Assembly: GCA_963807915.1 (NCBI GenBank)
Contig: CAWEDO010000002.1
Span: forward strand, 105,502 to 169,501
Direction: 5' to 3'
Length of the DNA stretch: 64,000 nucleotides
Origin: an uncultured Chloroflexia bacterium
Lineage (GTDB): Bacteria; Chloroflexota; Limnocylindria; QHBO01
Shown: positions 37,669 through 48,278 of the stretch, in pieces
How positions within the stretch are numbered: the stretch's first letter is position 1
Layout: each line of letters begins with the position of its first letter
Notes under the pieces: generated by a model
What the model was told of the DNA's origin: nothing
The model's input: the letters and a program-made list of their open reading frames with translations, nothing else
Database searches by the model: none
Translations under genes and position numbers: made by a program

Positions 37669-38253
37669 TCAAGGAATCTCGGACAGGTGGCGCCCCATCA
37701 GGAAGGCCCAGACCGGGAAGACGATCGAGTACCCGACCCCACCGGCATAGGTCAGGGGGTGGTCGAGTCCGCCCAGGAGCATGCCAAGCGGCAGCAGGAC
37801 GAATCCGAGGCCGGCGGTCAGGCCGAACCAGCGGATCGCGTTGAGCCACGGCCCGGCCAGCAGATTGGCTCCCGCGATCCAGAGGCCGATGACGATCAGC
37901 GCCACGCTCTCCAGGGCGAGCGCCCCGGTGGCAGCGTGCTCGTAGTCGAAGTCGACCACGCCGGCGATGAAGAGCGCCTGCGCGACGCACCAAACGATGA
38001 CCGCGATCCAGCCGCTGACCTGCGCGACGAGCGCGAGTGGGGTGGGCGTGAGGCCGCCGAGCTCCCAGAAGGCGAGCATCAGCATCGGGATCGCCGCCGT
38101 CATCACGAGCAACGCGGTGTCATTCAGCGTCCCCCACGGGTCGCCGATCCAGAAGAAGAGGATGATCGTGATCGTGGCCGCCAGTCCCGCGGCCGCCGCG
38201 ACGTAGGCAGCCACGACCGCGCGCCGGACGATGCGCCGCGTGCCGTCACCCAT
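37669..38253 (-). CDS. hypothetical membrane protein
   Basis: Multiple TM helices; internal start chosen. Confidence 0.5.
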   Translation of the reverse strand: MGDGTRRIVRRAVVAAYVAAAAGLAATITIILFFWIGDPWGTLNDTALLVMTAAIPMLMLAFWELGGLTPTPLALVAQVSGWIAVIVWCVAQALFIAGVVDFDYEHAATGALALESVALIVIGLWIAGANLLAGPWLNAIRWFGLTAGLGFVLLPLGMLLGGLDHPLTYAGGVGYSIVFPVWAFLMGRHLSEIP

Positions 38254-38278
38254 CGGGCGCGACAGTATCATCCGCCGA

Positions 38279-38839
38279 ATGCCTGAGAACGCTGACTTCT
38301 CGCCGACCCTGCGCCTCGCTCGGCTGGCAGAGGCCGAGGCGATCGACGCCCTCATGAAGGCCTCTACAGCGGGGCTGTTCCCGGGCTACTACGACGCGGG
38401 GCAGACGGCCGCATCGATCCGCTATATCGCCAGTGTCGATCGCACCCTGATCGAGGATGACACCTACTTCGTGCTCGAGGCGAACGGCGAGCTGGTCGCC
38501 TGTGGGGGCTGGAGCCGGCGCGACAAGCTGTACAGCGGCTCGAGAGAGGGCGCCGATGACGCCCGCTTGCTGGACCCGGCACGCGAGCCCGCGCGGGTGC
38601 GCGCCATGTTCGTTCGGCCGGGCTGGACCCGGCGCGGGCTCGGCACGCGCATCCTCGAGGCATGCGAGACAGCGGCGAGGCAGGAGGGCTTTGCAAGGCT
38701 GGCCCTGGTCGCCACATTGCCCGGTTTCCCGCTCTACGAGCAGTTCGGATTCGTCGCTACCGAACAGGTTGAGGTGCAAATGCCGGACGGCACTACTGTC
38801 CCGGCGGTGGCGATGGAGATGCCGTTGCCGGAGTTCTAG
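38279..38839 (+). CDS. GNAT family N-acetyltransferase
   Basis: RRGLGTRIL motif A. Confidence 0.75.
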   Translation: MPENADFSPTLRLARLAEAEAIDALMKASTAGLFPGYYDAGQTAASIRYIASVDRTLIEDDTYFVLEANGELVACGGWSRRDKLYSGSREGADDARLLDPAREPARVRAMFVRPGWTRRGLGTRILEACETAARQEGFARLALVATLPGFPLYEQFGFVATEQVEVQMPDGTTVPAVAMEMPLPEF

Positions 38840-40829
38840 GGTCCGCTGACGACCTTCACCGCCGTCACCACGAAGGTCAGGCGGCACTGATCGATGAGTG
38901 ACTGCCGTCCACTCCACCACTGGATCGAGTCGGCGCGTGGCTCGATGCGGCAGGATGAGGCGGCCGGATCGTCGAAGTGCCCGGTGATCTCGAGCCAGGT
39001 TCCCGTCCAGGCGGGATCGAGCGGGGCGAGCGACGGACCGAGCACGGCCGTGGACCAGTTGTCCTGGCCTTCTTCGGGAGACAGGAAGAGCTGGTCCGGG
39101 CCCGGGTTCAGCAGCCACGCCGGCTCCGGTTCGCCATCCGCAGGTCCCCAACAGTCCCCGCACGCGACGGAGAACGCACGGAACGTGAACGGCATGGCGC
39201 CGTGGCAGGAGACGACGGCGGCCGAATCGACGACGAGGAACTCGAGGATGTCACCCGGCAGGTCCTGGCAGTCGGTCGCTGGATCGGGAACCGCAACCAC
39301 GATCGGCTCTGATTCCGGCACCCAGCGCCCGGCGGCAGTGCGATGCCAGAAGATCGGGTTGTCACCGCGCAGGCTCTGCCGATGGCCCACGACCACGACC
39401 CCGGGCGGCCCGGCCGCCGCCAGCGTCGGAACACCGCCAAACGAGTCCGGCAGCTTCGACCGGAGCCAGTGCACGCCGTTCCCGGTCCACACCAGCGGCT
39501 CGTCAGACGCGCGGTCCCATCCGAAGGCATAGGCTCGCGTGCCGTCCGAGACCAGCTGCCCCACGACACCGCCCTCGAAGGCAGCGTCGGCCGAGGACTC
39601 GCGGATCCACGACACCTGGCCTTCAGCGATCACGGCACTCCAGACCCGGGGTTCGAGGGTCGCACGATTCATGTCGACGGCGGCGATCCCATCCCCGAAG
39701 TCGGTGAGCTGCAGGCCTACGCCATCCGGGCCGTGGTCGAGCTGCGTCCAGGCCTGGCCATCGCTCGAGTACGCGGCGAATGGGGTGGGAGTCACCGGGT
39801 CGATGGCGGCGTCCCAGAGGTAATAGCCGTGATGGAGTGCAACGATCCGTCGATCGCCCGGGAAGCTGTGGGTGATCACCGGATCCCTGGACTCCAGCCA
39901 GGTCTGGCCATCGGTCGACGACCAGAGCGCTCCCGACGAGGACACTCCCCGATCGGAGAACGTCTCCAGCAGGTACCCGTCTTCGTTGCCGAGAAGCTGG
40001 TTGACGTATTCGTTTTCGATCCCGGCAAGCATGCCGAGGCGGGTCCATTGGAGCCCGTCGCCCGAGCTCCAGATCCAGATGCGTCCATGGCTGTCATCCG
40101 TGACGTAGGTGGCGGCCAGCCAGCCGGCCGGACCCCAGGCGACCGATGCACCGTTCCAGGAGTCGGCGAGGGACTGGCCGGCGCTCTGCCAGCTTCCGCC
40201 ATCGGTGGAGATGGCCGGGCCGCCTGGCTCGAACGTGTCCGGGCCGCTGGGCGGGGCGACCATCGCCACGAATCCGTCGGAGCCGGCGACGAGGCTGTTG
40301 ACGCTCCCGCTGTACGATAGCGGGGGTATTGGTAGCGCCGCACCTGTTCGACTCCCCCCACGGTGGTCTGGATCCAACCGCCGGACTGATCCAGCAGGAG
40401 CCAGCCGGCCCCATCCTGCAGCGGATCCTCGGACGACGCGGAGGCGATCTCGCCCTTCTCGAAGACCCCGACCTCGGTCGCATCCGGGTCGGGCTCGGAT
40501 CGGATCACGATGTCCTGGAGAGCGCGAACCCAGCCATAGAACGAGTAGCTCGCTTCCTGGGGCGAGGCTTCGAAGTCCGGGTCCGCAAGAGTGGCCACGC
40601 GCGGCGGCTCGGGGGTGGGGGCCGGACGCGGGGTCCGAGACGGCCGTACCGAGGGGTCGGGGGAGGCCTGGCCGATCTCGTCGAGGCCCGGAAGCACGTT
40701 CCCAACGGCAATGAACGCCCCGGCAACCAGGACGACCAGCGCGAGGCCCACCAGGATGCGGTCGCCGAGCCCACTCGGCGGCTGCGCCCCCGGCGACATC
40801 TCCAGCTCGAACCCGTCGCGCTCGCTCAC
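38836..40829 (-). CDS. membrane-anchored BNR (Asp-box) repeat protein, interrupted by a single-base frameshift at the C5/G5 run 40326-40330
   Basis: N-terminal TM helix and Pro-rich linker in one frame; C-terminal about 500 aa in the adjacent frame with at least seven S-x-D-G-x-T/S-W repeats. Confidence 0.7.
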
Positions 40830-40889
40830 AACCCTGCTCGGTACGAGACACCTGACCTGTCCAGGCTCGCTGCTAGAGTCTCACGACCG

Positions 40890-41456
40890 ATGATCGACGA
40901 CCAGACCCAGGCCGATTTCCTCCAGGTCGCCCGCGAGCGAGGCGTCCGCAGCCTGCAGGTTGCCTGGCACGCCGAGTACGTATCGGCGTCCCAGATCGGC
41001 TGGCGCATCGCCGAGCTGGACCGGGAGGTGCGCCGGGCCGCGGTCGACCTGCGGACGGACGGGAGCGCCCGCGTGCCGCCGCCCCAGGATGGCGGCCTTG
41101 CCTTCGTCGACGCGGCCCCGGGCTCGGCCGACATCCTCTTCGAGGTGTTCGGCTTCGTGCGGGACGTGCTCGCATCGGATGCCGTGCGCGTGCTGCTCAC
41201 CGCCATCGGGCTGACCGGCGCCATTGGCAAGGTCTGGGGATTCGTCTTCAAGGACCGGGACCCGCTGCGCGGCGTCACCGGGCGCCAGGTCCTCGAGATC
41301 CTGCATGAGTACCACGAATTGAGCGCCACGCCGGCGGGGGCCGATGCCATCGGCGACTCCACTGCAGGCAGGGAGCCTGCCCCCATCACGATCTCGGTGC
41401 TGGTCGAGCACGAGGACGACTCGCGCTCTGTGCTCGTGGTCGAGATGCGCCGCTGA
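40890..41456 (+). CDS. hypothetical protein (188 aa)
   Basis: ORF with high GC3. Confidence 0.5.
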   Translation: MIDDQTQADFLQVARERGVRSLQVAWHAEYVSASQIGWRIAELDREVRRAAVDLRTDGSARVPPPQDGGLAFVDAAPGSADILFEVFGFVRDVLASDAVRVLLTAIGLTGAIGKVWGFVFKDRDPLRGVTGRQVLEILHEYHELSATPAGADAIGDSTAGREPAPITISVLVEHEDDSRSVLVVEMRR

Positions 41457-41530
41457 CCTAGCCCAGACGGCCTATTCGTCCGGCATCAGGACCATGGACG
41501 ATCGCTCGGGCGCCGCGTCATGATCGGCCG

Positions 41531-42274
41531 ATGGAGAGCGTGTTTCGAACACGTTGGGCAGGGCTGGCGCTCGCAATGGCGCTGGCCGTCGGCGGCTGCC
41601 AGGGGGCCAGCAGCCCGTCCGTGGCGCCATCGGCCGACCCGACGCCGACGCCGCCGCCACCCACGGACGACCAGGTCATGCGGCGCTTTCTGGCGCTGGC
41701 CGGCAGTCACGCCCTGACGATGCACGTCGTCGCCGACGGGAAGGTGACGGTCACCAGCAGCGGGACGAGCGACACCGTCAAGGTCGGGTTCGACATGGAC
41801 CTCAGCGGCGCGGACGGGGTCGGCAAGGCGGTCGTCGACACCGGCCCGTCGGACGTCACCTTCAGGATGCTGCTGACCGGGGGCCATGCCTACATCGACG
41901 ACGATGGGATCTGGACCGAGGTCCCCGACTACCATCCCAGTACGCCGCTGAATCCATTCGCCGGGCTGAGCAGTGCCGACGAGCTCAGCTACCGCGGGCA
42001 CGAGATCCGCGACGGGGAGCGCATTCACCACCTGTCGGTGCTCGCCTGGCTCGGCGGCGACCTGAGCCTGCTCGAGGCGCAGGGCTGGACGGGCGTCAAG
42101 GTCGACTACACACTCACGACCCTGACAGTCGAGGATGACGGCGCCCCGATCGAGATGAGCTTCTCGGGCGGCATCTCCGGTCGCTTTAACGACGGGGGCG
42201 CCTCGGCGGCCTTCGAGGTCACCTACGAGTTCACGAAGGTCGGCGAGCCGGTGGACATCCCCGCGCCCGTCTGA
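41531..42274 (+). CDS. hypothetical lipoprotein
   Basis: Lipobox AVGGC; Pro/Thr linker. Confidence 0.6.
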   Translation: MESVFRTRWAGLALAMALAVGGCQGASSPSVAPSADPTPTPPPPTDDQVMRRFLALAGSHALTMHVVADGKVTVTSSGTSDTVKVGFDMDLSGADGVGKAVVDTGPSDVTFRMLLTGGHAYIDDDGIWTEVPDYHPSTPLNPFAGLSSADELSYRGHEIRDGERIHHLSVLAWLGGDLSLLEAQGWTGVKVDYTLTTLTVEDDGAPIEMSFSGGISGRFNDGGASAAFEVTYEFTKVGEPVDIPAPV

Positions 42275-42375
42275 GCCCCACGGTGGACCTGCGACCACCG
42301 CCGCTCCCGATGAGCGGTGCGCAGGGACACCAGCCCAGCGCTCCATTACCCTGCCGTGAACTGCAGAGGGCAGAG

Positions 42376-44022
42376 ATGCCTTCCCCTGATCTCGTCTTCC
42401 TGGGTGCCAGCGTCGAGACGATCACGCCCCACAGCGGTCCGGTGCCCGATGCCGTCGCCGTGACGGACGGTCACATCAGTGCCGTGGGGAGTCGCGCGCA
42501 GGTCGAGCCGCTGGTCGGATCACGGACACGCGTCATCCGCCTGGATGGCGAGACCCTGCTCCCCGGCTTCCAGGACGCCCACATCCACCCGGTCCAGGGC
42601 GAGCTGACGGCGATGCGCTGCGATCTCAAGGACGTTGCGCCGGACCGCATCGCCGATGCGATCAGGCGCTACGCCGCGAGCCACCCGGAGCGCGACTGGA
42701 TCATCGGGGCGGGCTGGTCCGTCACCGACTTCCCCGACGCCGCCCCGCGCCGCTCTGCGCTCGACGACCTCGTCCCCGACCGGCCGGTCTTTCTCTGGAG
42801 CCGCGACGGCCACTCGGCGTGGGTGAACAGCCGGGCGCTGGAGCTGGCGGGCATCTCCGCCGCCACGCCCGAGCCGCCGGGGGGCCGCATCGTGCGAGAG
42901 GCAGATGGATCGCCGGCCGGCACGCTGCGGGAGGGAGCGATGTCGCTGGTCGAGGAGCTCGCTCCGCCACCGACCAGGGAGGATCACGTGGCCGCACTGG
43001 CGGCTGCGCAGCGCCGCCTGCATGCGCTCGGCATCACCGCCTGGCAGGACGCATCGGTCTATGACCCCGACGCCTGCGCACGGCAGCTGGCGGCGTATCG
43101 CTCCGCGGCGGGGGGCGGCAGCCTGCAGGCCCGGGTGGTGGCCGCCCTCTTCTGGGATCCACGGCGCGGCGTCGAGCAGGTTGACGGGTTCCTCGCGCAG
43201 CGGGCTGAGGCGAGCATCGGCAGGTTGCGGGCGGGCACGGTCAAGATCTGGGTCGACGGCGTGATCGAGGGCCTGACCGCCGCACTGCTCGACCCGTACC
43301 TCGACGAGGACGGCCGCGCAACGGAGAACCGCGGCATGGCGCTGGTGCCGCCCGAACCGCTCCGCGAGGCGGTCATCGCCCTCGACGCCGCCGGGCTGCA
43401 GGTGCACCTGCACGCCATCGGCGACGCCGCCGTGCGCAGCGCGCTCGACGCCATCGAGGTCGCCCGCGCGCGGAACGGCCCGTCGGACCTCCGCCATCAC
43501 ATCGCTCATATCCAGCTGATCCACCCCGACGACCTCGCTCGCTTTGCCGCCCTTGGCGCGACCGCGAACATGCAACCGATCTGGGCCTGCCACGAGGCGG
43601 TCATGGACGAGCGGACCGTCCCGTTCCTGGGACCCGAGCGGACGGGCTGGCAATACCCATTCGCCAGCCTCCTCCAGAACGGCGCCCGGCTGGCTGGCGG
43701 CAGCGACTGGCCGGTGACGAGCGCCAACCCGATGCGCGAGATCGAGGTGGCGGTGACACGCATCGACCCCGACGCCCGAGCGAACGCTCCCTTCCTCCCG
43801 GAGCAGCGGCTGGGCCTGGACGAGGCGCTCGCCGCATTCACCATCGGATCGGCCTGGGTGAACCACCTCGACGCCGAGACCGGCTCGATCGAGGTCGGCA
43901 AGCTGGCCGACCTGACCCTGCTGGACCGCGACCTTCGGGCGGCGGATGCCGGCCCGCCTGGCCGGGCCACCGCCCAGGCCACCTGGGTCGAGGGGCTCGA
44001 GGTCTTTGCAAGGCCGATCTGA
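42376..44022 (+). CDS. amidohydrolase family protein (Amidohydro_3 type)
   Basis: HxH metal motif (QDAHIHP); C-terminal Asp/His ligands. Confidence 0.85.
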   Translation: MPSPDLVFLGASVETITPHSGPVPDAVAVTDGHISAVGSRAQVEPLVGSRTRVIRLDGETLLPGFQDAHIHPVQGELTAMRCDLKDVAPDRIADAIRRYAASHPERDWIIGAGWSVTDFPDAAPRRSALDDLVPDRPVFLWSRDGHSAWVNSRALELAGISAATPEPPGGRIVREADGSPAGTLREGAMSLVEELAPPPTREDHVAALAAAQRRLHALGITAWQDASVYDPDACARQLAAYRSAAGGGSLQARVVAALFWDPRRGVEQVDGFLAQRAEASIGRLRAGTVKIWVDGVIEGLTAALLDPYLDEDGRATENRGMALVPPEPLREAVIALDAAGLQVHLHAIGDAAVRSALDAIEVARARNGPSDLRHHIAHIQLIHPDDLARFAALGATANMQPIWACHEAVMDERTVPFLGPERTGWQYPFASLLQNGARLAGGSDWPVTSANPMREIEVAVTRIDPDARANAPFLPEQRLGLDEALAAFTIGSAWVNHLDAETGSIEVGKLADLTLLDRDLRAADAGPPGRATAQATWVEGLEVFARPI

Positions 44023-44122
44023 CCGCGCGGCGGGTCCCCGGCAAGACGCCGGAGGAGCCTGGCCTGTACGACTCCATCACGCACATCTACGACCAGATCG
44101 ACATCACCGACAAAGTGCGCCG

Positions 44123-44857
44123 CTAGGGGGCGTTCAGCTCCTGCCGCAGGGCGATGAGGTCGGGATCGTCCTTCGCCAGCTCGGCGAGATCGTGGCGGCG
44201 CACGAACGCGGCCTTCAGGAGGCGGCGGGCGTCGTCGAGCTCGCCGGACAGCGCGCGAGCGCAGGCGATGTTGTAGAGGATGACCCCCGAGTCCCGCGGC
44301 GGCAGGTGCCCGGAACCCAGGATCGCCTCCACCTGGTCCGCGAAGGCATCGAAGCGCGCGCGGTCGCCGGCCAGGTCCGCGATCTCGGGCAGGTGGCCGA
44401 CCGCGTGGTTCACCCCGTTGGCGCCGATTCCCGCCACCGATCCGTCATCGCATTCGCACAGGACGTCGGTGGAGCTGCGCTCGATCGCCGCGACGAGGGC
44501 CTCGACGCTGGCGTCCGCCGCTCGCGTCACCTCGTCCCAGGTCCACTCCGCGTGCCGCTCCTGCAGCACGGCGTTCGACTCGTCGACCGGTTCGGTGGTG
44601 GACGGGTCGCCGGCGTGCTGAGGGTCGACGTCGCCGGCGCGGGCCGCGATGCGGCGCGCCTCGATGGCGCGCCACGCTCCGAGGTGGGCCAGGACGTCCT
44701 TGACCGACCAGTCACCCAACGTGCCGGCGGCCTCACGGGATTCCGCCGGCACGGCAGCGAAGAGGTCGCGCTCCGCGTCGCGCATGGCACGCAGCATCGC
44801 GATGAGGTCGGCCTGCAGGGGCGTGTGGGCGGCTGACATGGTCTCCACGACGCGCAT
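44123..44857 (-). CDS. DinB-like metal-binding domain protein with helical C-terminus
   Basis: DVLAHLGAW...HAVGHLPE His triad typical of the DinB_2 fold. Confidence 0.55.
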   Translation of the reverse strand: MRVVETMSAAHTPLQADLIAMLRAMRDAERDLFAAVPAESREAAGTLGDWSVKDVLAHLGAWRAIEARRIAARAGDVDPQHAGDPSTTEPVDESNAVLQERHAEWTWDEVTRAADASVEALVAAIERSSTDVLCECDDGSVAGIGANGVNHAVGHLPEIADLAGDRARFDAFADQVEAILGSGHLPPRDSGVILYNIACARALSGELDDARRLLKAAFVRRHDLAELAKDDPDLIALRQELNAP

Positions 44858-44905
44858 CGTAGCGCCGCGGCCCGCTCATCGGCCGGGCGGTGCGATGATC
44901 GGGTC

Positions 44906-45436
44906 ATGGTGGAAGCCCCCGTTGCACTCCGCACCTGGACCGATGCCGACCTTCCGCTCCTGCGCGGCCTGCTTGGCGACCCGGCGATGATGACCCACCT
45001 CGGCGGCCCTGAGTCCGAGGAGAAGCTGCTGGTGCGCCACCAGCGCTACCTCGACATCGCCCAGACCACCGGGCGGGCCTTCGTCATTACCTTCGGCGCG
45101 GAACGCGTGGCGGCGGGCTGGGTCGGCTACTGGGAGACGACCTGGCACGGCGAGCCGGCCTGGGAGACCGGCTGGAGCGTGCTTCCCGACTTCCAGGGTC
45201 GCGGCGCGGCCACCCGGGGTGCGGCCCTGGCGATCGAGGCCGCGGCTGCCGAGCAGCTCCATCCCTTCATCTACGCCTTCCCGGCGGTCGAGAACGGGCC
45301 GTCCAATGCCGTCTGCGCGAAGCTCGGCTTCGAGCGGCTCGGCAGCGAGTCGCTCGAGTACCCGCCGGGGACCCGGATGGAGTGCGCGATCTGGCGCCGA
45401 GCGCTCGCCGGCGGGGCGAACCAGGGCACGCGGTAG
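44906..45436 (+). CDS. GNAT family N-acetyltransferase
   Basis: QGRGAATRGAAL motif A. Confidence 0.8.
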   Translation: MVEAPVALRTWTDADLPLLRGLLGDPAMMTHLGGPESEEKLLVRHQRYLDIAQTTGRAFVITFGAERVAAGWVGYWETTWHGEPAWETGWSVLPDFQGRGAATRGAALAIEAAAAEQLHPFIYAFPAVENGPSNAVCAKLGFERLGSESLEYPPGTRMECAIWRRALAGGANQGTR

Positions 45437-45475
45437 AGTTGCGCGTCCCATGACCACGAACGAATCGACCAGCCC

Positions 45476-46651
45476 GTGACCGAGCCTGCGCGATCGCGCC
45501 TGACGCAGTACGAGCCGCGGGCAGGGGTCATCGACCTGGCGTGGGGCCACCCGGACCCAAGCCTGCTGCCGGTGCAGGAGCTGCGAGAGGCGTCGCATCG
45601 GGCCATGGAGCGGCACGGCTCGGACATCCTCGAGTACGGCAGCACGGCGGGATCCCCGCCCCTCATCGACTTCATCTGCGAGCGACTGGCGCAGACCGAT
45701 GCCCGGGCTCCCCGCCCGGAGGAGGTGGTGGTCACCAGCGGGGCGTCACAGGGGCTGGACCTGGTCTCCACCCTGCTGCTGACGCCCGGCGACACGGTCC
45801 TCCTCGACGTGCCGACCTACCACCTGGGGATCAGCATCCTGTCGGACCACCCGGTCCGGCTCCAGGCCGTCGCCTCGGACGCCGATGGGATCGTGCTCGA
45901 AGACCTGGCGCGGGTGGTCGGGCAGCTGCGGCGGGACGGCGAGCGGCCGCGCCTGCTCTACACCATCGCGACCTTCCACAACCCGACCGGTCGCAACATG
46001 TCGGTCGCCCGGCGCCAGGCGCTGGTCGACCTCGCGGCGCAGGAAGGCCTGCTGATCGCGGAGGACGACACCTACCGCGAGCTCTCCTACGACGGCCCGT
46101 CACCGCCTTCGCTGTGGGCGCTGGATCGAGCGGGGGTGGTGGTCCGCATCGGCAGCTTTGCCAAGGCCGTGGCGCCGGGGCTGCGGGTCGGCTTCGTGAG
46201 CGCCACCCCGGAGATCGTCGGCCGCATGGCGACCGGCGGGCTCCTCGACTCCGGCGGCGGGATGAACCACTTCGCGGCCACCGTCCTGGCCGAGTACGCC
46301 GCCAGTGGCGACTACGCCCGCCAGATCGAGCGCTTCAAGGCGGCGTACCGCGGGCAGCGAGACACGCTCCTGGCGGGGCTTGCGGCCCACCTGCCTGAGA
46401 CGGCGTCATGGTCCAAGCCGGGCGGCGGCTACTTCGTCTGGGTCGATCTGCCGCCGGGCGTGCACTCCGACGACCTGCTGCCCGTCGCCGTGGAGCGCGG
46501 GATGGCGTTCCTGCCCGGCCATCGCTTCTTCCCCGACGAGGGCCAGGCGCCGGGGGCGCTGCGGCTCGCCTTCAGCATGCACCCACCCGAGCGGCTCGAG
46601 GCCGCCGTCGCCAGCCTGGGCGACGCGATCCGGACCCTCGCCGCTCGCTAG
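45476..46651 (+). CDS. PLP-dependent aminotransferase (class I/II fold, 2-aminoadipate/MocR-type)
   Basis: Fold I aminotransferase; Lys in SFAKAVAPGLRVG. Confidence 0.85.
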   Translation: MTEPARSRLTQYEPRAGVIDLAWGHPDPSLLPVQELREASHRAMERHGSDILEYGSTAGSPPLIDFICERLAQTDARAPRPEEVVVTSGASQGLDLVSTLLLTPGDTVLLDVPTYHLGISILSDHPVRLQAVASDADGIVLEDLARVVGQLRRDGERPRLLYTIATFHNPTGRNMSVARRQALVDLAAQEGLLIAEDDTYRELSYDGPSPPSLWALDRAGVVVRIGSFAKAVAPGLRVGFVSATPEIVGRMATGGLLDSGGGMNHFAATVLAEYAASGDYARQIERFKAAYRGQRDTLLAGLAAHLPETASWSKPGGGYFVWVDLPPGVHSDDLLPVAVERGMAFLPGHRFFPDEGQAPGALRLAFSMHPPERLEAAVASLGDAIRTLAAR

Positions 46652-46702
46652 CCGTCCGGGGGCTGGTTCCAGCGCTCCTGCCCGCGCCATGCGCGGGCCG
46701 AA

Positions 46703-47053
46703 TCAGCCGGTCGTGCGGTCGAGGAGCTGGAGCAGCCGATGCGCCGCCAGCTCGATCTCTTTGTGACGCCACTCGGCGGCGCGGTACTGGCAAGCGATCA
46801 GCCCGGTGCGGTGCACGCGTTGGAAGTCGCCGACCACGAAGCCGTAGCGGGCCTTCGTCTCATCGGTGGCGGCGTCGGTCAGCCCAAGATGCCATTCGGC
46901 GTATTCCTTCCAGGAGTGGCGCTTCAGGAACCGGTTCTCGTCCGCGGCGCGCGGCTGCGCCTCGCCCCAGTCGCTGTCCAGGACGTACTGATGGCCCGAG
47001 ATCAGCTTCCGGACGTGCGCAACCGCGCGACGGTTCAGCGAGTACGACGGCAC
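46703..47053 (-). CDS. hypothetical protein (116 aa)
   Basis: ORF only. Confidence 0.45.
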   Translation of the reverse strand: MPSYSLNRRAVAHVRKLISGHQYVLDSDWGEAQPRAADENRFLKRHSWKEYAEWHLGLTDAATDETKARYGFVVGDFQRVHRTGLIACQYRAAEWRHKEIELAAHRLLQLLDRTTG

Positions 47054-47056
47054 GGG

Positions 47057-47547
47057 TCAGGCCTCGACCGGGACGCCCTTGTACGCCTCCTCGAGCTTGG
47101 CAACGTCGATCTTCGTCATCTCGAGCATCGCCTTCATGACCCGCGGGCGCCGGCGCGATCCGTCCCGTCGAGCAGCTCGGGAAGCTGGCGCGGAATGACC
47201 TGCCACGAGACGCCGTAGCGATCCTTCAGCCAGCCGCAGACGCTGTACTCGCCACCGCCCTCGACCAGCTTCTCCCAGTAGCGGTCGACCTCGGCCTGGT
47301 CCTCGCAGTCGATGCTGAACGAGATGGCCTCGCTGAACTGGAAGTCAGGCCCGCCGTTCAGGCCGATGTACTGCTGGCCGGCCAAGGTGAAGTCGACGGT
47401 CAGGACGCTCCCCTCGGTGCCGCTCGGGTTGTCGGCGGCGGCGCGGTGGATCTTGTCGACGTGGCTGTTCGGGAGGATGGACGTGTAGAACTCCGCGGCT
47501 TCCACCGCGTCGTCGTTGAACCACAGGCAGGGGGCAATCTTGGACAT
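47057..47547 (-). CDS. PhnB-like VOC family protein, C-terminus displaced by a single-base frameshift near 47150-47165
   Basis: GAGAGG RBS; MSKIAPCLWFNDDAVEAAEFYTSI; canonical C-terminus RVMKAMLEMTKIDVAKLEEAYKG present in the adjacent frame. Confidence 0.65.
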
Positions 47548-47710
47548 GGTGATACCTCTCAGATCGTGCTTACGTGCGGAGAGTATCGGGCTGGATGCGG
47601 GGCAATGGGAACCGCGCGGGACGCCAGGTGTCAGATCCGTTGCAATTCGAGGTCCGATTGGTCGAACCTGGAGCCCCGTGGCCGTCGTCAATAAGGGCGT
47701 GGACGAGCGA

Positions 47711-48278
47711 ATGGTGGTCCGGATGGAAGTGAGCGGCAACGCAGGAGGCCGTGCCCTGATCACCGACAGCGCCCTCATCGCGCGCGCCGGCGCCGGCGAC
47801 ACGGACGCGTTCGCCGATCTCCTCGCTCCCCGGCTGGATCGCCTGTGGCGCAACCGCCCAGGCGATCCTCGGCAACGAGGCTGACGCTCGGGACGCCACG
47901 CAGGATGCCTGCCTCTCGGCGTGGAAAGCCCTGCCGCGACTTCGAGACGAGGCGCGATTCGATGCCTGGCTGAATCGCGTGCTGGTGAACCGCTGCCGCG
48001 ACTTGCTGAGGAGCCGCAATCGGTCGCGAGAGATCGTCCTCGATGGCATCGACCTCCGGGACCCGCGACCGTCCCCTGACACGGCGGATACCACAAGCGT
48101 TCTGGCCGCATTCGATCGGCTGAGCCTCGCGGAGAGGCGCATCCTCGTCCTGCATCACCTGCATGACCGGCCGCTGACCGAGATCGCCAGCACCCTGGGG
48201 ATCCCGATCGGAACGGCCAAGTCGCGGCTCCACACCGCCCGTCGCGCGCTCGAACGCGCCCTGGAGGCACAGGCATGA
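47711..48278 (+). pseudogene. ECF sigma factor interrupted by a +1 frameshift near 47850-47860
   Basis: Region 2 (DATQDACLSAWKALPRLRDEARFDAWLNRVLVNRC) and region 4 in frame 0; N-terminus in frame 2. Confidence 0.6.

Noticed and set aside
42520-43866. 448-aa minus-strand ORF
   Set aside because: Antisense to the amidohydrolase gene.
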